Assembly: GCA_963770565.1 (NCBI GenBank)
Contig: CAVYQE010000011.1
Span: 640,001 to 704,000 of the forward strand
Reading direction: 5' to 3'
Source of the DNA: an uncultured Actinomycetota bacterium
GTDB taxonomy: Bacteria; Actinomycetota; Actinomycetes; JAFAQI01
DNA length: 64,000 nt
The position numbers were made by a program, and so were the translations under genes. Shown piece after piece: positions 9,610 through 20,204 of the stretch. Positions within the stretch are counted from its first letter, which is position 1, and the number at the start of each line of letters is the position of its first letter. The notes beneath the pieces are model-generated. The model searched no databases and was not told the DNA's origin. It saw nothing but the letters and a program-made list of their open reading frames with translations.

Positions 9610-10088
9610 CGCTGACCTGCTGGGGAGTCGGCCATGGACTCAGCGGCGGTCAGCACCGAGCGGACGATGTTGTGGTAGCCGGTGCACCGGCAGATGTTGC
9701 CCTCGAGGCCCTCGCGTACCTGCTGCTCGCTGGGGGCCGGGTTCTCGGCCAGCAGTGAGGCCGCGGCCATCACCATCCCGGGCGTACAGAAGCCGCATTG
9801 CAGACCGTGCTCGGCCTGGAACGCCGCCTGCACGGGGTGCAGGTCGGCGCCATTCGCCAAGCCTTCGATCGTGGTGACCGATGCGCCGTCGGCCTGCATC
9901 GCGAGGACGGTGCACGACTTCACCGACTCGCCGTCGAGGTGGACGGTGCACGCACCACACGACGACGTGTCGCAGCCGATATTCGTCGCCTTGAGGCCGC
10001 AGACGTCGCGCAAGTAGTGCACGAGCAGCATCCGCGGCTCGACGTCGTCGACCCGGGCGGCTCCGTTGACTGTGATCGAGACCCGCAT
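9606..10088 (-). CDS. Molybdenum hydroxylase 2Fe-2S subunit (CoxS/CutS-like)
   Basis: [24 protein letters not shown]. Confidence 0.95.
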   Translation of the reverse strand: MRVSITVNGAARVDDVEPRMLLVHYLRDVCGLKATNIGCDTSSCGACTVHLDGESVKSCTVLAMQADGASVTTIEGLANGADLHPVQAAFQAEHGLQCGFCTPGMVMAAASLLAENPAPSEQQVREGLEGNICRCTGYHNIVRSVLTAAESMADSPAGQR

Positions 10089-12385
10089 CAGGCGCCCTTC
10101 GCGTCGTTGATCGCCGACCAGACCCGCATCGAGGTCGTCGGCATGTCGATGTGTCTGACCCCGAGGTGCGAGACCGCGTCGATGACCGCGTTCTGCACCG
10201 CAGGGGTTGCCCCGATCGTGCCGGCCTCGCCGATTCCCTTTGCCCCCAACGGGTTGTACGACGTGGGGGTCTCGGTCGTGACGAGCTCAAAGCTGGGCAG
10301 CTCGGTCGCGGTGATAATGGGGTAGTCGGCGAACGTCGTGGTCGTGGGGTTGCCGTCCTCGTCGTACAGCACTTCCTCGACCAGGGCTTGGGCCGCTCCC
10401 TGCGCAAGGCCGCCGTGCCGCTGGCCCTCGGCGATCAGCGGGTTGATCAGCGTGCCGGCGTCGTCGAGGGCGATCAACCGGGTCAGCACCGGCTTGCCGG
10501 TCTCGACGTCCACCTCGGCCACCGCGACGTGCGCGCCGAACGGGTACGTCGCCCCCGGTGCACTGAAGACCGCCCTGACCTTCAGCGGCTTTTTCTCGGC
10601 GAGCGACGCGAACGTGACCCGGGCGCTGGGGTCGCCGCGCACGGCCAACCCGGCGATGTCGAGATCGACCACGAGGTCTTCCGGGGCCACCTCGAGCTCG
10701 TCGGAGGCCCGGTTGCGGGCCACCTCGACCAGTTCGATCGCGGCCTGCTTGACCGCCGCACCGCCCTGCTGGAGGCTGCGCGATCCCATCGTGCCACCAC
10801 CCTCCGGCACGAGATCGGTGTCGCCCCACTTCACCGTGATCTTGTCGATCGGGATGCCGAGCTCCGCACTCGCAAGCATTGCCCACACGGTGGAGTGACC
10901 CTGACCGTGCGGCGAGGTGCCGGTGAGGATGGTCGCCGTACCGTCCGGGTGGATCTCGACCGTGGCGTTCTCACTCGGCGGGCCGGACTCATCGCCGCCG
11001 CCGGTGATCTCGACGTAGACGCTCAGCCCGATCCCGAGCTGGTTGCGGTCGCCGCGCTTGCGGCGGGCGGCCTGCTCGCGGCGCAGCCCTTCGTAGTCCG
11101 AGGCCGCGAGGATGGTGTCGAGCGCCATCTCGTAGTTGCCCGAGTCATAGAGCGCGCCGCCCTTGGTCGGGAGCGGCTCGGTGAACGCCGGCAACAGGTT
11201 GCGCCGCCGCACGTCGGCGGGATCCATCCCGATCTCGGTCGCGAAGACGTCCATCATCCGCTCGATGACCGCGGTGGCCTCCGGCCGGCCGGCGCCGCGA
11301 TACGCACCGAGCGGGGTGGTGTTCGTGACCACACTGGCGAACGACGTCTCGATCCGGTCGAAGTCATACACCGCCGGCGCCATCAGGAGGGTCAGGGTCG
11401 GCAGAACGGCGCCGAAGCGGGGATAAGCACCGGCGTCCTGCAGGATTCGGAGCCGGTAGGCCTTGACGTTGCCGTCCCGGTCGCCGCCAAGGCTCGCGGT
11501 CTGGATCTGAGCCCGGCCATGGGTCATCCCGACCATGTTCTCCGAGCGGGTCTCGACCCAGGTAGCCGGACGACCGAGCTTCTTGGCGACCCAACCGACC
11601 AGCACCTGCTCGGGGTCGGAGCCGACCTTCGCGCCGAATCCACCGCCGACCGCGGGCGTGATTACGCGAACCTGCTCGATCGGCAGGCCGAGCATGCCGG
11701 CGATCGCGTCCTGGCTGCCCTGCGCGGCTTGGTTGGGCAGCCAGACGATCAACCGGTCGTCCAACCAGACCGCGGCCGCGCTGCGAACCTCGAGCGGCGC
11801 GACGGCGACCCGCTGGTTGATGATCTCCTGCGTGACGACGACCTCGCAGTCGTCGAACAGGTCGTCGTGCTCGTCGGGGTCCTGCTTGATCACGATGTTG
11901 TGACCCAGGTCGGGGAAGAGCAGAGTAGAGCCGGCCAGCGCCTCCCTGGGATCGACCACGGCGTGCAGCGGCTCGTAGTCGACGACGACGAGCTCCGCGA
12001 TGTCCTCGCCGGTGTAGCGCCCCTCGTGGACGACGATCGCCACCGGCTCGCCGACGAAGCGCACCGTGTCCACGGCAAGCAGCGGTTGGGCCACCTCCGG
12101 CGGGTACATCGGCAGCATCGTCTTCTGCGCCGGCAGATCCGTTAGCTCAGCGGCGGTGTACACCGCGATGCAGCCGGCGGCCGCGCTCGCGGCACTGGCG
12201 TCGATCGAGACGATCCTCGCGTGCGCCACCGGCGACCGGACCACCGTGATCCGGACCGCGTCGGCGAGCCGGTCGTCGACGAGGTCCTCGGTGTAGACCG
12301 CGCCGGTGGTGAGGAACTCCGGGTCCTCGACCCGGTTGACCCGGGTGCCGAGGATGCTCCCGCGCGGGGCGCCGACGGTGGTCAT
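10088..12385 (-). CDS. Xanthine dehydrogenase family molybdopterin subunit (form II CoxL-like)
   Basis: [35 protein letters not shown]. Confidence 0.93.
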   Translation of the reverse strand: MTTVGAPRGSILGTRVNRVEDPEFLTTGAVYTEDLVDDRLADAVRITVVRSPVAHARIVSIDASAASAAAGCIAVYTAAELTDLPAQKTMLPMYPPEVAQPLLAVDTVRFVGEPVAIVVHEGRYTGEDIAELVVVDYEPLHAVVDPREALAGSTLLFPDLGHNIVIKQDPDEHDDLFDDCEVVVTQEIINQRVAVAPLEVRSAAAVWLDDRLIVWLPNQAAQGSQDAIAGMLGLPIEQVRVITPAVGGGFGAKVGSDPEQVLVGWVAKKLGRPATWVETRSENMVGMTHGRAQIQTASLGGDRDGNVKAYRLRILQDAGAYPRFGAVLPTLTLLMAPAVYDFDRIETSFASVVTNTTPLGAYRGAGRPEATAVIERMMDVFATEIGMDPADVRRRNLLPAFTEPLPTKGGALYDSGNYEMALDTILAASDYEGLRREQAARRKRGDRNQLGIGLSVYVEITGGGDESGPPSENATVEIHPDGTATILTGTSPHGQGHSTVWAMLASAELGIPIDKITVKWGDTDLVPEGGGTMGSRSLQQGGAAVKQAAIELVEVARNRASDELEVAPEDLVVDLDIAGLAVRGDPSARVTFASLAEKKPLKVRAVFSAPGATYPFGAHVAVAEVDVETGKPVLTRLIALDDAGTLINPLIAEGQRHGGLAQGAAQALVEEVLYDEDGNPTTTTFADYPIITATELPSFELVTTETPTSYNPLGAKGIGEAGTIGATPAVQNAVIDAVSHLGVRHIDMPTTSMRVWSAINDAKGA

Positions 12386-12514
12386 CGTCGTACCACCGGC
12401 TCAACGGTCATTGCGATTCCTCTCGATCACCGCGAACGACAAGATGACATTTCGCGGGCACACGCGAACTGCCCCCTGGATCCGGGCTCGGTCCCGGTCA
12501 AACCCTAGTACCGG

Positions 12515-12680
12515 CTAGTGTCCCGTCTCCGAAGTCCTTTTGCCTCCTGCGGCGCCCAGATGCACGCTCGCTACGTTGTCGTCGTCGGCAATGGCGCTGC
12601 CATTGCACTCCTCCTCCGCCTTGCGAGCGCACACCTGGACGCCGCATCGTGGCAAGAGACCTCGAAGACGGGACAGCTAG
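12515..12680. mobile_element. MITE-like non-autonomous element (~166 bp) with imperfect terminal inverted repeats, CTAG at both ends
   Basis: Left CTAG-TGTCCCGTCTCCGAAGTCCTTTGCC versus right (reverse complement) CTAGCTGTCCCGTCTTCGAGGTCTCTTGCC; nested internal inverted repeats. Confidence 0.65.
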
Positions 12681-13729
12681 GTGATCCGCTTGACGAGCAG
12701 TCCGGTGCTGATGTGCAGCTCGGCGAGGGAGTTGTTGCGCGGGCTGACCACCCAGAGGTGGGAGCCGAACACGGTCAGGCCGGTCGGGTAGTCGAACTTC
12801 GGGTGTGGGGTGTTGTTGTTGCACTCGTACCAGTCACCGTTCGCGGTCGAAGTCTCGATCTTGGTGACCATCGGGCTCGAGCCCGGCGGGCTGATCACGT
12901 AGACCTGCGCTCCGTGGGCGACGACGACGCTGGGCGCGTCGAAGCCGTAGTTCGCATTGTTGCTGGAGTTGGAGATGACCTGGACCAGATCGCCCGACGA
13001 CGTCGTCTCGGTGACCGAGTCGGTCGCGCTGTCGGAGATCCACAGCCGATGTCCGGCGTACGCGATTCCCTCGGGCGCGGCCAGGCCGTAGCGCGCGGCG
13101 GTCAGCCGCCGGACGAGCACGCCGGAGCAGGCGTTGAAGCCGGTGACCGAGCCGACCTGGTTGACCACCCAGGCGGTGGTGCCGGCAAAGGTCAGGGCGA
13201 CCGGAGCGTCGAAGCCCAGGCCAGGTCGCGCGGAGCGCGACAGCACCCGGGTCAGGGAGCCGTCGCCGGCATTGATCTCGGTGATCGCGTCGGCGGCCCG
13301 GTCGACCACCCAGACCTCGCCGCCGTGCACCGCGATGGCAACCGGGTCACGAAGGTCGTAGCGCTTGCCGCGCACGACCCGGACCAGGGACCCGTCGCCG
13401 GCGTCGAGCTCGGTGATCCGCCCGGCCCGGCTGGCAACCCAGACCTTGCCGCCGCCCGCCGCGATGGCGTCCGGCTGACCGAACTCGTCCTTACCGGCCC
13501 GGATCACGCGGAGCAAGGCGCCGTGTCGGTCGGTGACCGTGACCGAGTTGCCGGCCAGGTTCGCGATCCACAGCTTCCGGTCCGCGATGGCGATGGCGGT
13601 CGGTTGGCGGAAGCCGTACCCGCTCGATGCGACCGCGGCGGCACTCGCGCCCGGTGCGACGACGCCGAGCCCACTCGCGATCGCAATCGAGGCGGTGGCC
13701 GCGAACGCCGACCATGACCATCGTGACAT
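12677..13729 (-). CDS. Secreted beta-propeller protein (YncE/NHL-like)
   Basis: Signal peptide; about 7 repeats of F..P.AIA..G..(L/V)W(V/I)....S(V/I)TE. Confidence 0.85.
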   Translation of the reverse strand: MSRWSWSAFAATASIAIASGLGVVAPGASAAAVASSGYGFRQPTAIAIADRKLWIANLAGNSVTVTDRHGALLRVIRAGKDEFGQPDAIAAGGGKVWVASRAGRITELDAGDGSLVRVVRGKRYDLRDPVAIAVHGGEVWVVDRAADAITEINAGDGSLTRVLSRSARPGLGFDAPVALTFAGTTAWVVNQVGSVTGFNACSGVLVRRLTAARYGLAAPEGIAYAGHRLWISDSATDSVTETTSSGDLVQVISNSSNNANYGFDAPSVVVAHGAQVYVISPPGSSPMVTKIETSTANGDWYECNNNTPHPKFDYPTGLTVFGSHLWVVSPRNNSLAELHISTGLLVKRIT

Positions 13730-13826
13730 GAAGCCCACCTTGCCCCGGGGATCTTTCGATTCGACCCTTCCGACGGTACGACGCGTTCCGGTGCGCGGTT
13801 AGCCGCCGCGCGGGTGACGGCGCGGG

Positions 13827-14846
13827 TCAGCTACGGCCGCTGACGACGACCAGCGGATCGAGGTCGTTGGCAGCAAGCAGTGTTTCGGGCGCGACCGATG
13901 TCATCCAGTCGAAGGTGTCGAACGGACCGTCGGTCACCGCGTCCAGGGTGGCGGCTTCGAGCAGTCGGCCCGGTGCGTACCGCGCCCAGCGGGCGACGTA
14001 GCGGCCCTCGAGCACCCGGTAGACCCTGCCGTCCTCGATCCCGAGTACGTACGCGGCCAGTTCGCCGTCCAGCCGCAGGGTGGCCAGCCGCAGCTCGCCG
14101 CTGCCGGCCAGCGCAAGCACGCGCCGATGCCAGAGCCGGCGCCGGGCCGGATCGTCGAGCGGGCTCAGCCGGCCGCCGGCGTGGTCACGGTCACGGCAGA
14201 TGCTCTCGAGCAGCGGCAGCGTGGCGGTGATCTCGCGGCCGTCGCTGGTGACGTCGACGGTCGAGACGACGCCGTCCGCGACCAAGCGGTTGCGGGCCTT
14301 GCGAAGCGTCCTCGCGGTCCCGTGGCTCATGCCGTTGGAGTCGACGGTGCCGGCGGTCCGGACGATCGGTACTGCGACGTGCTGGATCGTGAGCGCGACC
14401 GGCAGCGCCCGAAGCAGTGCCGCAAGCGCCGGACCGTGGCTGATCGGCCCGAGGCAGAACTCGCGCGGCTCGCGGCTCAGCGCGTCGGCGAGTGAGGCGC
14501 CGAGCTGCTCAGCGGCGTGATCATCAACTGCGAGCAGTGCGCCGCGGTGATTTTCGGCGGTTCCCGCCAGGCTCGTACGCCGTAGCCCGCCCGGTGCGTC
14601 GAGCAGGAGCGCGGCGCCCACCAGCTCGCTGCCGGCCGCGACCGAGACCAGCCAGGGCTTCTCGCCCGGTGCGGGCTTTGCCACCGACGCGGCGAGCCAC
14701 GGCCAGCGGGCCGTGACCGGGGCACCGGGGACCGCCTCCGTGAGCGCGGCCAGCCGGGTCGCTTCCGCGAGCACGGCATCGACGCCGTGGGCAACCTCGG
14801 TGTGGAGCGGTGGCGCGACTCGATAGCTCTGACCTGGGGCGGTCAT
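13827..14846 (-). CDS. GNAT family N-acetyltransferase (CelD/BcsL-like)
   Basis: LRKARNRL, LRLDGELAAY, ARYAPGRLL and FDW; directly downstream of the GGDEF-EAL gene. Confidence 0.8.
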   Translation of the reverse strand: MTAPGQSYRVAPPLHTEVAHGVDAVLAEATRLAALTEAVPGAPVTARWPWLAASVAKPAPGEKPWLVSVAAGSELVGAALLLDAPGGLRRTSLAGTAENHRGALLAVDDHAAEQLGASLADALSREPREFCLGPISHGPALAALLRALPVALTIQHVAVPIVRTAGTVDSNGMSHGTARTLRKARNRLVADGVVSTVDVTSDGREITATLPLLESICRDRDHAGGRLSPLDDPARRRLWHRRVLALAGSGELRLATLRLDGELAAYVLGIEDGRVYRVLEGRYVARWARYAPGRLLEAATLDAVTDGPFDTFDWMTSVAPETLLAANDLDPLVVVSGRS

Positions 14847-14849
14847 CTG

Positions 14850-17105
14850 CTAGGCACCCACCCTCAGTTCGGCGTCGTCGAGCGATGCTTCGTAGTCACT
14901 GAGCCAGGTCTCGAACTCCGCCACCGGAAGTGCCTGGCTGAAGTAGAAGCCCTGTGCCTCGTCGCAACCGGCATCGCAGAGCCGGCGCGCGGTGAGCTCG
15001 TCCTCGACGCCCTCGGCGACCATCCGCAGGCCGAGGGAGTGCGCGAGATCGATCGCCGACTGGACGATTGCCAGCGAGCGGTCGTCGGCGCTCATCGTCG
15101 CGATGAAGGAGCGATCGAGCTTCAGCTCGTCGATCGGCAGCTCGCGCAGGTAGGCCAGCGACGAGTAGCCGGTGCCGAAGTCGTCGACCGCGACCTGGAT
15201 GCCGATCCGGCGCAGCTCGTCCAGGATGTGGCGGGCGCGCTCGCGATCGCTCATGATCACGTCCTCGGTGATCTCGAGGATCAGAAGGGACGAGTCGAGC
15301 GACCGCTCGATCAACATCCGCTCGACCCGTTGCGGGAGTTCGATGTCGACGAGCGACGACGGTGAGAGGTTGACCGCGACCGGCAGCCGCAGCCCGGCGT
15401 TCGACCAGGTCATCACCTGGTCGAGCGACTGCTCGAGCACGGCGACGGTCATCTCGTGCATCAGGCCGGAGTCCTCGACCAGCGGCAGGAACGATGCCGG
15501 CAGCAGCAGACCCTTCACCGGATGGTTCCAACGGACCAGGGCCTCCACGCTGAGGACCCGAAGTGACGAGGCGTCGACCTTCGGCTGGTAGTGCATCGTG
15601 AGCTCGCGGTCGGTGATCGCGCCGCGGAGCTCGTCGATCAGGTGCAACCGGTCGCGACCGTCGACGTCCTCGCCGGTTCGCGAGAACACGCTGTAGCCGC
15701 TGTGCTGAGACTTCGCGCGATACATCGCGATGTCGGCGTGCCGGAGCAGCGAGGACATGTCGAGGCCGTGGTCGGGCGCAACGGCGACGCCGATGCTGCC
15801 CGTCATCCGGACACTGACGTCCTCGAGCGCGAACGGCGTCGACAGCGCTTCGCGGATCTCGATCGCAACCCGCTCGGCCATCGCCTGGTCGGCGTTGAGC
15901 AGGAAGACTGCGAACTCGTCTCCACCGAGGCGGACCAGGAGCGAACCGTTCGAGGGCACCGACTCCCGGATCCGGCGGGCGACCAGCCGCAGCAGCTCGT
16001 CACCGGAATGGTGCCCGAGGCTGTCGTTGATCTCCTTGAACCGGTCGAGATCGAGCAGCAGAAGTGCCGCGTTGACGTCCGGCTCGACCAGAACCTGCTC
16101 CGAGCGGATGTAGAGCGCCCGGCGGTTGCCGAGCTCGGTGAGGTCGTCGGTCAATGCCAATTGATGGCTGTCGGCGAGGTTGGACGCTTCTCGGAACGTC
16201 ACGATGAGCCGAACCAGCGCGACGACGATCGTCGCCGCGGCCAGGCCGACGGCGATTGGGTGGATCTTGCCGTACACGAGCAGTGCCAGGGCGGCGAGAA
16301 CCGAGAACATCGGTACGGCGAGCAGCGACCACCCCGACAGCCGCAGACCGGCCAGTCGATCCGGCCAGCCCGGCGACATCGCCATGATCATCGTGCCGGT
16401 GACCCAGAGTGCGTCGTTGATGCCGCCCGGTTGGTAGGAGTTGTGCGCAGTGGCGACGAGGTAGACCCCGTCGGCCACGACGAACACCAGCAGCCCGATC
16501 GCCAGCATCCACATGCCGACCGGCGGACGCCAGTGGTACAGCGAGAGGGTGGCGACCAAGGTCAGGAGCAGGACGATGTCGAGCAGCGGGTACGCCGTCG
16601 TCGTGATCACGGCGGCGGTGCCGCCGCTGGTCGTCGACAGCACCGGCCCGAGGATCGCGGCCGCCGCTCCCGCTGCCGCCGCGAGACCACCGACGATTCC
16701 GTCCAGCCACAAGCTCAGGCTGAAGCGCTTGAAGTGCTCCCGGACCATCAGCACCAAGGCGATGAACGCGCACGGGTAGAGGCTGAGGAACAGCGCGTCC
16801 GCCAGCGACGGGAACGGCTCCGGGTCGAGCGGCCGGATTGCGATCGTCCAGTAGATGTTGCCGCCGCCGTAGAGCGCGAGGCCGAGCGCGAGGATGTGCC
16901 AGCTCGGCCGGAATGTGGTGGCCTGGCGGGCCCGGACGAAGCACACCGCCGCCGACAGCGCGTAGACGATGTTGTTGAGGAAGCCGTCGAGGATGAGGTT
17001 GTATCCGGGCTTGGGGCGGACGCCCGGAATCGTCGAAATCACGAATGCGGCGAGCGCAATCATGGCAAGGGCAGTCACCACGCGACTGCTTTTGCTGCGC
17101 GACAC
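14850..17105 (-). CDS. Membrane-bound bifunctional diguanylate cyclase/phosphodiesterase (GGDEF-EAL)
   Basis: Multiple TM helices; RLGGDEF; EALVRW; DDFGTGYSSL; start taken at GTG 17105 after GAGGGGG. Confidence 0.93.
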   Translation of the reverse strand: MSRSKSSRVVTALAMIALAAFVISTIPGVRPKPGYNLILDGFLNNIVYALSAAVCFVRARQATTFRPSWHILALGLALYGGGNIYWTIAIRPLDPEPFPSLADALFLSLYPCAFIALVLMVREHFKRFSLSLWLDGIVGGLAAAAGAAAAILGPVLSTTSGGTAAVITTTAYPLLDIVLLLTLVATLSLYHWRPPVGMWMLAIGLLVFVVADGVYLVATAHNSYQPGGINDALWVTGTMIMAMSPGWPDRLAGLRLSGWSLLAVPMFSVLAALALLVYGKIHPIAVGLAAATIVVALVRLIVTFREASNLADSHQLALTDDLTELGNRRALYIRSEQVLVEPDVNAALLLLDLDRFKEINDSLGHHSGDELLRLVARRIRESVPSNGSLLVRLGGDEFAVFLLNADQAMAERVAIEIREALSTPFALEDVSVRMTGSIGVAVAPDHGLDMSSLLRHADIAMYRAKSQHSGYSVFSRTGEDVDGRDRLHLIDELRGAITDRELTMHYQPKVDASSLRVLSVEALVRWNHPVKGLLLPASFLPLVEDSGLMHEMTVAVLEQSLDQVMTWSNAGLRLPVAVNLSPSSLVDIELPQRVERMLIERSLDSSLLILEITEDVIMSDRERARHILDELRRIGIQVAVDDFGTGYSSLAYLRELPIDELKLDRSFIATMSADDRSLAIVQSAIDLAHSLGLRMVAEGVEDELTARRLCDAGCDEAQGFYFSQALPVAEFETWLSDYEASLDDAELRVGA

Positions 17106-17317
17106 AATGCCCCCTCTCCCAGTCCTTAGAGCGTGCATCGGCCTCTGGAAACCCGCTGTGTTCGCCCAGAGATGACCTTGGTCCTCACCCAAACGGGCCA
17201 ATAAGCGTTGCGCCGACCGTGCGAAGGGCGGCCGAATTGTCGGCGATTAGGCTTGGTGTCCGTCACGGCCGGCGCGCAGCCAGCAGTGGCTCAACCGGGA
17301 CGACCAATGCGCATGGG

Positions 17318-18280
17318 GTGTCAGAGCACGTGCAACGTTCCGGAACTGGCTCGCTCGGCTGGGCCGGCGTCGTACTCGCCGGCCTCGTCCTCATGGTCGG
17401 GTCTGGGTGCGCGGCACCAGCCGGCCAATCCGTTGCTCAGGCCCAGAATCGGCGCGGGCCGGCGGTTCAGCCGGTGGCCTCCGCCGGTCCCGACCGCACG
17501 GAGGTCGGTCGGCGTGCGGTTCCGCGACCATCGCACACGATCGTCGTGATGATGGAGAACCATTCCTACTCGGACGTCATCGGTAACTGGCAGGCGCCGT
17601 ACCTCAACTCACTCGCTACCCACGGTGCGTTGTTCACGCACTCGTCCGCGATCACCCATCCGAGCGAGCCGAACTACCTGGCGCTGTTCTCCGGCTCCAC
17701 CCACGGCGTGACGAGCGACTCGTGCCCGCACACGTATCGGACCGGCAACCTCGGCTCCGAGCTGATCGCCGCGAAAAACACCTTCGCCGGGTACGCCGAG
17801 GGCCTGCCGAAGGCCGGTTACGCCGGTTGTTACGTCGGCGCCTATGCGCGCAAGCACGTGCCGTGGGTGAACTTCAGCGACCTGCCGACGTCGACCGACC
17901 AGCCGTTCTCCGCCTTCCCCGCGCGGTTCAGTGCGTTGCCGACGCTGTCCTTCGTGATCCCCAACCTCAACCACGACATGCATGACGGCACGATTCGCCA
18001 AGCCGACAACTGGATGAAGCACCGGCTTGGCAAGTACGTCGCGGCCGCGGAGCGGCACGGTGGCCTGGTTGTCATCACCTGGGACGAGGACGACGGAAGC
18101 GTGCCCAACCGGATCCCCACCATCGTGGTCGGCGGCGACGTCAGGCCTGGGCGCTACGCGGAGCGGATCGACCACTACCGGCTACTGCGCACGCTCGAGG
18201 CGGCGTACCGCTTGCGACCGCTCGGAATGAGCGGTCATCGCAAGCCGATCACGAACATCTGGAGCTACCCGCACGGCTGA
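17318..18280 (+). CDS. Secreted/lipoprotein acid phosphatase (phosphoesterase family, SapM-like)
   Basis: VMMENHSY, HPSEPNYLALFSG, RKHVPW, DMHDG, TWDED; start uncertain. Confidence 0.85.
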   Translation: MSEHVQRSGTGSLGWAGVVLAGLVLMVGSGCAAPAGQSVAQAQNRRGPAVQPVASAGPDRTEVGRRAVPRPSHTIVVMMENHSYSDVIGNWQAPYLNSLATHGALFTHSSAITHPSEPNYLALFSGSTHGVTSDSCPHTYRTGNLGSELIAAKNTFAGYAEGLPKAGYAGCYVGAYARKHVPWVNFSDLPTSTDQPFSAFPARFSALPTLSFVIPNLNHDMHDGTIRQADNWMKHRLGKYVAAAERHGGLVVITWDEDDGSVPNRIPTIVVGGDVRPGRYAERIDHYRLLRTLEAAYRLRPLGMSGHRKPITNIWSYPHG

Positions 18281-18284
18281 TCGA

Positions 18285-18706
18285 TCAACGTCGGGCGCAC
18301 GGCGTCGTGGCTGCCAGCTGCACGAAACTGCGCGCGTCGGCAGCGCTGATGCCGCCTGAATACGCCGCCACGATGCGTGCGGTCTGGTCGACGTCGTGAC
18401 CGGTGCGCAGTTGGCCGCAGATCCAGTTGCCGGACTTGGTGACTCCGTTGGGATCGGCGCCGGCAAGGGCCGCGAGGGGTTTGCCGGCCCGTCCGGCGAG
18501 GGCAGCGGCTACCAGAGCATTGGCGGTCGTGGCGGGGCGGCGGACGTGGCCGAGGTCGACGACGGCGTGTTGGCAAGCGCGAAGCTCGTCACGAGTGAGA
18601 TCACGGCGACGACCAGATCGACCACCAAGAGCCGGGTCGCCCCGCGCCGGAACCGGCCGCCTGCCTTCGCGGTCGTTCGTACGCGGATGCGACGGATCGG
18701 GTTCAT
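18285..18706 (-). pseudogene. DUF732-like exported protein split by a single-base frameshift near 18535
   Basis: Frame 1 gives MNPIRR...TM/signal...SAAP. The shifted frame continues ATTANAL...GNWICGQLRTG...DARSFVQLAATTPCARR*. The shift falls in a C-run (minus strand). Confidence 0.55.
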
Positions 18707-18826
18707 CTCGAGTCCCTGATGACGAGCGCCAGATGTGCGGACGCGCTCGAGGATCGGGTGCCGAGGTCAGAGGACCGTCACAGCAGTGTTCGAACTTCGT
18801 TAATCGCGACCGGCCCGGCGCTTCGG

Positions 18827-19507
18827 TCAGCTGGGCCGGTGCGCGGTGACCGCGAGCCGGGAGCCGATGAAGATCCTGGCGATGATCAGCAGCGCCGCGC
18901 CGTACAACGCGATCTGCAGGATCGGGCCGGCTAGCGGGCCATGGCCGTCCAGGCTCTCCTCGATCAACCGTCGAGCGCCGTAGAAGGGCAATGCCTTGGC
19001 GACCGTGGAGTCGGGCTTGACGGCCAGCTGGATCCCGACGACGCCGATCAGCACGAGCGTGCCCTCGAGCTCGCGCGGCACGATCGACGCGATCGCGATC
19101 CCGAACGGCACCGACTGCAGGCCGACGAAGGTGACACCCAGCAGCAGGACGCCCGGGCTGCTCGGGTGGGATATCCCGGCCATCAGGGCGGTGAAGGCGC
19201 CCGCGATCACGATCGCGACCGGACCAAGGAAGGCGAGCCGGCCCACGAGGAGCTCGATCGGGCGGTAGCCACCGAGGATGAGCCGCTGGTCGACCTCGAC
19301 GGAGGAGAGCGCGGAGAACAACGTCGCGCCGCCGACCGCGAACGCCATCGCCACGCCACCGGTCGACACCGCGTCGCGCCCGGTGCCGACCGAGCTGAGA
19401 TAGAAGGAGGCGGGCAGCAGGAGGAGCAGGCCGAGCGCCACGTGTCGCCGGAGCAGGTCGCGGCCGTGCATCTCGGCCATGATCAGGATCCGGTTGATCG
19501 TCGTCAT
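18827..19507 (-). CDS. ABC-2 type transporter permease
   Basis: MTTINRILIMAEMHGRDLLRR...; about 6 TM helices; overlaps the ATPase stop codon. Confidence 0.85.
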   Translation of the reverse strand: MTTINRILIMAEMHGRDLLRRHVALGLLLLLPASFYLSSVGTGRDAVSTGGVAMAFAVGGATLFSALSSVEVDQRLILGGYRPIELLVGRLAFLGPVAIVIAGAFTALMAGISHPSSPGVLLLGVTFVGLQSVPFGIAIASIVPRELEGTLVLIGVVGIQLAVKPDSTVAKALPFYGARRLIEESLDGHGPLAGPILQIALYGAALLIIARIFIGSRLAVTAHRPS

Positions 19508-20133
19508 CGGTGCACCTTCGGTCGTAGCGGGTGCGGGCTGAGTTCGACCACCCGGTGGACCCGTTCGAGCTCCGCCAGCATGTGTGTCACGACGACGATC
19601 GCCTTGCCCTGCGCGGCCCAGGTCTGGCAGTGGTCCCAGAAGTTGACGTAGGTGCCACGGTCGAAGCCCTGGTAAGGCTCGTCGAGGAGCAGGATGCCGG
19701 GATCCGACATCAGTGCCAGCGCGAGGTTGAGCTTCTGTCGGGTGCCGCCCGACATCTGCGTCGTGACCGTGTTGTGCTCGGCCGCGAAGTCGAGCTCGCT
19801 CAGCAGCTCGTTGCCCTTCGCAAGTGCGGCCGTGCGGGACAGGCCGATTCCGCGGCCGAACATCACCAGGTGCTCGTCGGCGTTGAGCAGCTCGAACAGG
19901 CTCGGGCTCTGTGGGCAGTAGCCGATGCTCGCCGACACCGTCACCTGACCCGAGTCGGCCCGGGTGAGCCCGGCACAGATTCGCATCAAGGTGGTCTTGC
20001 CGGCACCGTTCTCCCCGGTGAGAGCAACGATCTCGCCGGCGTGGACGGTCAGATCGACGCGATCGAGGATCGGCGTCTGTCCATAGCGCTTCGAGACCTG
20101 GGTCACGACAAGCTGGCCCGGACATGCCGACAT
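19504..20133 (-). CDS. ABC transporter ATP-binding protein
   Basis: GENGAGKT, MSGG, LLLDEP, VTH. Confidence 0.92.
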   Translation of the reverse strand: MSACPGQLVVTQVSKRYGQTPILDRVDLTVHAGEIVALTGENGAGKTTLMRICAGLTRADSGQVTVSASIGYCPQSPSLFELLNADEHLVMFGRGIGLSRTAALAKGNELLSELDFAAEHNTVTTQMSGGTRQKLNLALALMSDPGILLLDEPYQGFDRGTYVNFWDHCQTWAAQGKAIVVVTHMLAELERVHRVVELSPHPLRPKVHR

Positions 20134-20166
20134 ACATCGAGAGTCGCGACCGGAAGACTCGGTTGC

Positions 20167-20184
20167 CAGGGACTTAGGTCCCGA
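20167..20184. promoter_or_regulatory. DosR/DevR-type box
   Basis: GGGACTTAGGTCCC (20169-20182), 35 bp upstream of the ABC ATPase ATG. Confidence 0.75.
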
Positions 20185-20204
20185 TGAGGACGACGAAGGG
20201 CCGG

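Noticed and set aside
10151-12145. Long antisense or shadow ORFs (also 15591-17129, 26160-28193, 30475-31992, 40811-42358, 44076-45719, 55807-57288)
   Set aside because: They lie opposite well-supported genes, are Arg/Gly/His-rich without motifs, and are expected artefacts of high GC3.
10088-12385. Form I aerobic CO dehydrogenase
   Set aside because: The motif is AYRGAGR rather than AYXCSFR, the gene order is not MSL, and accessory genes are absent.
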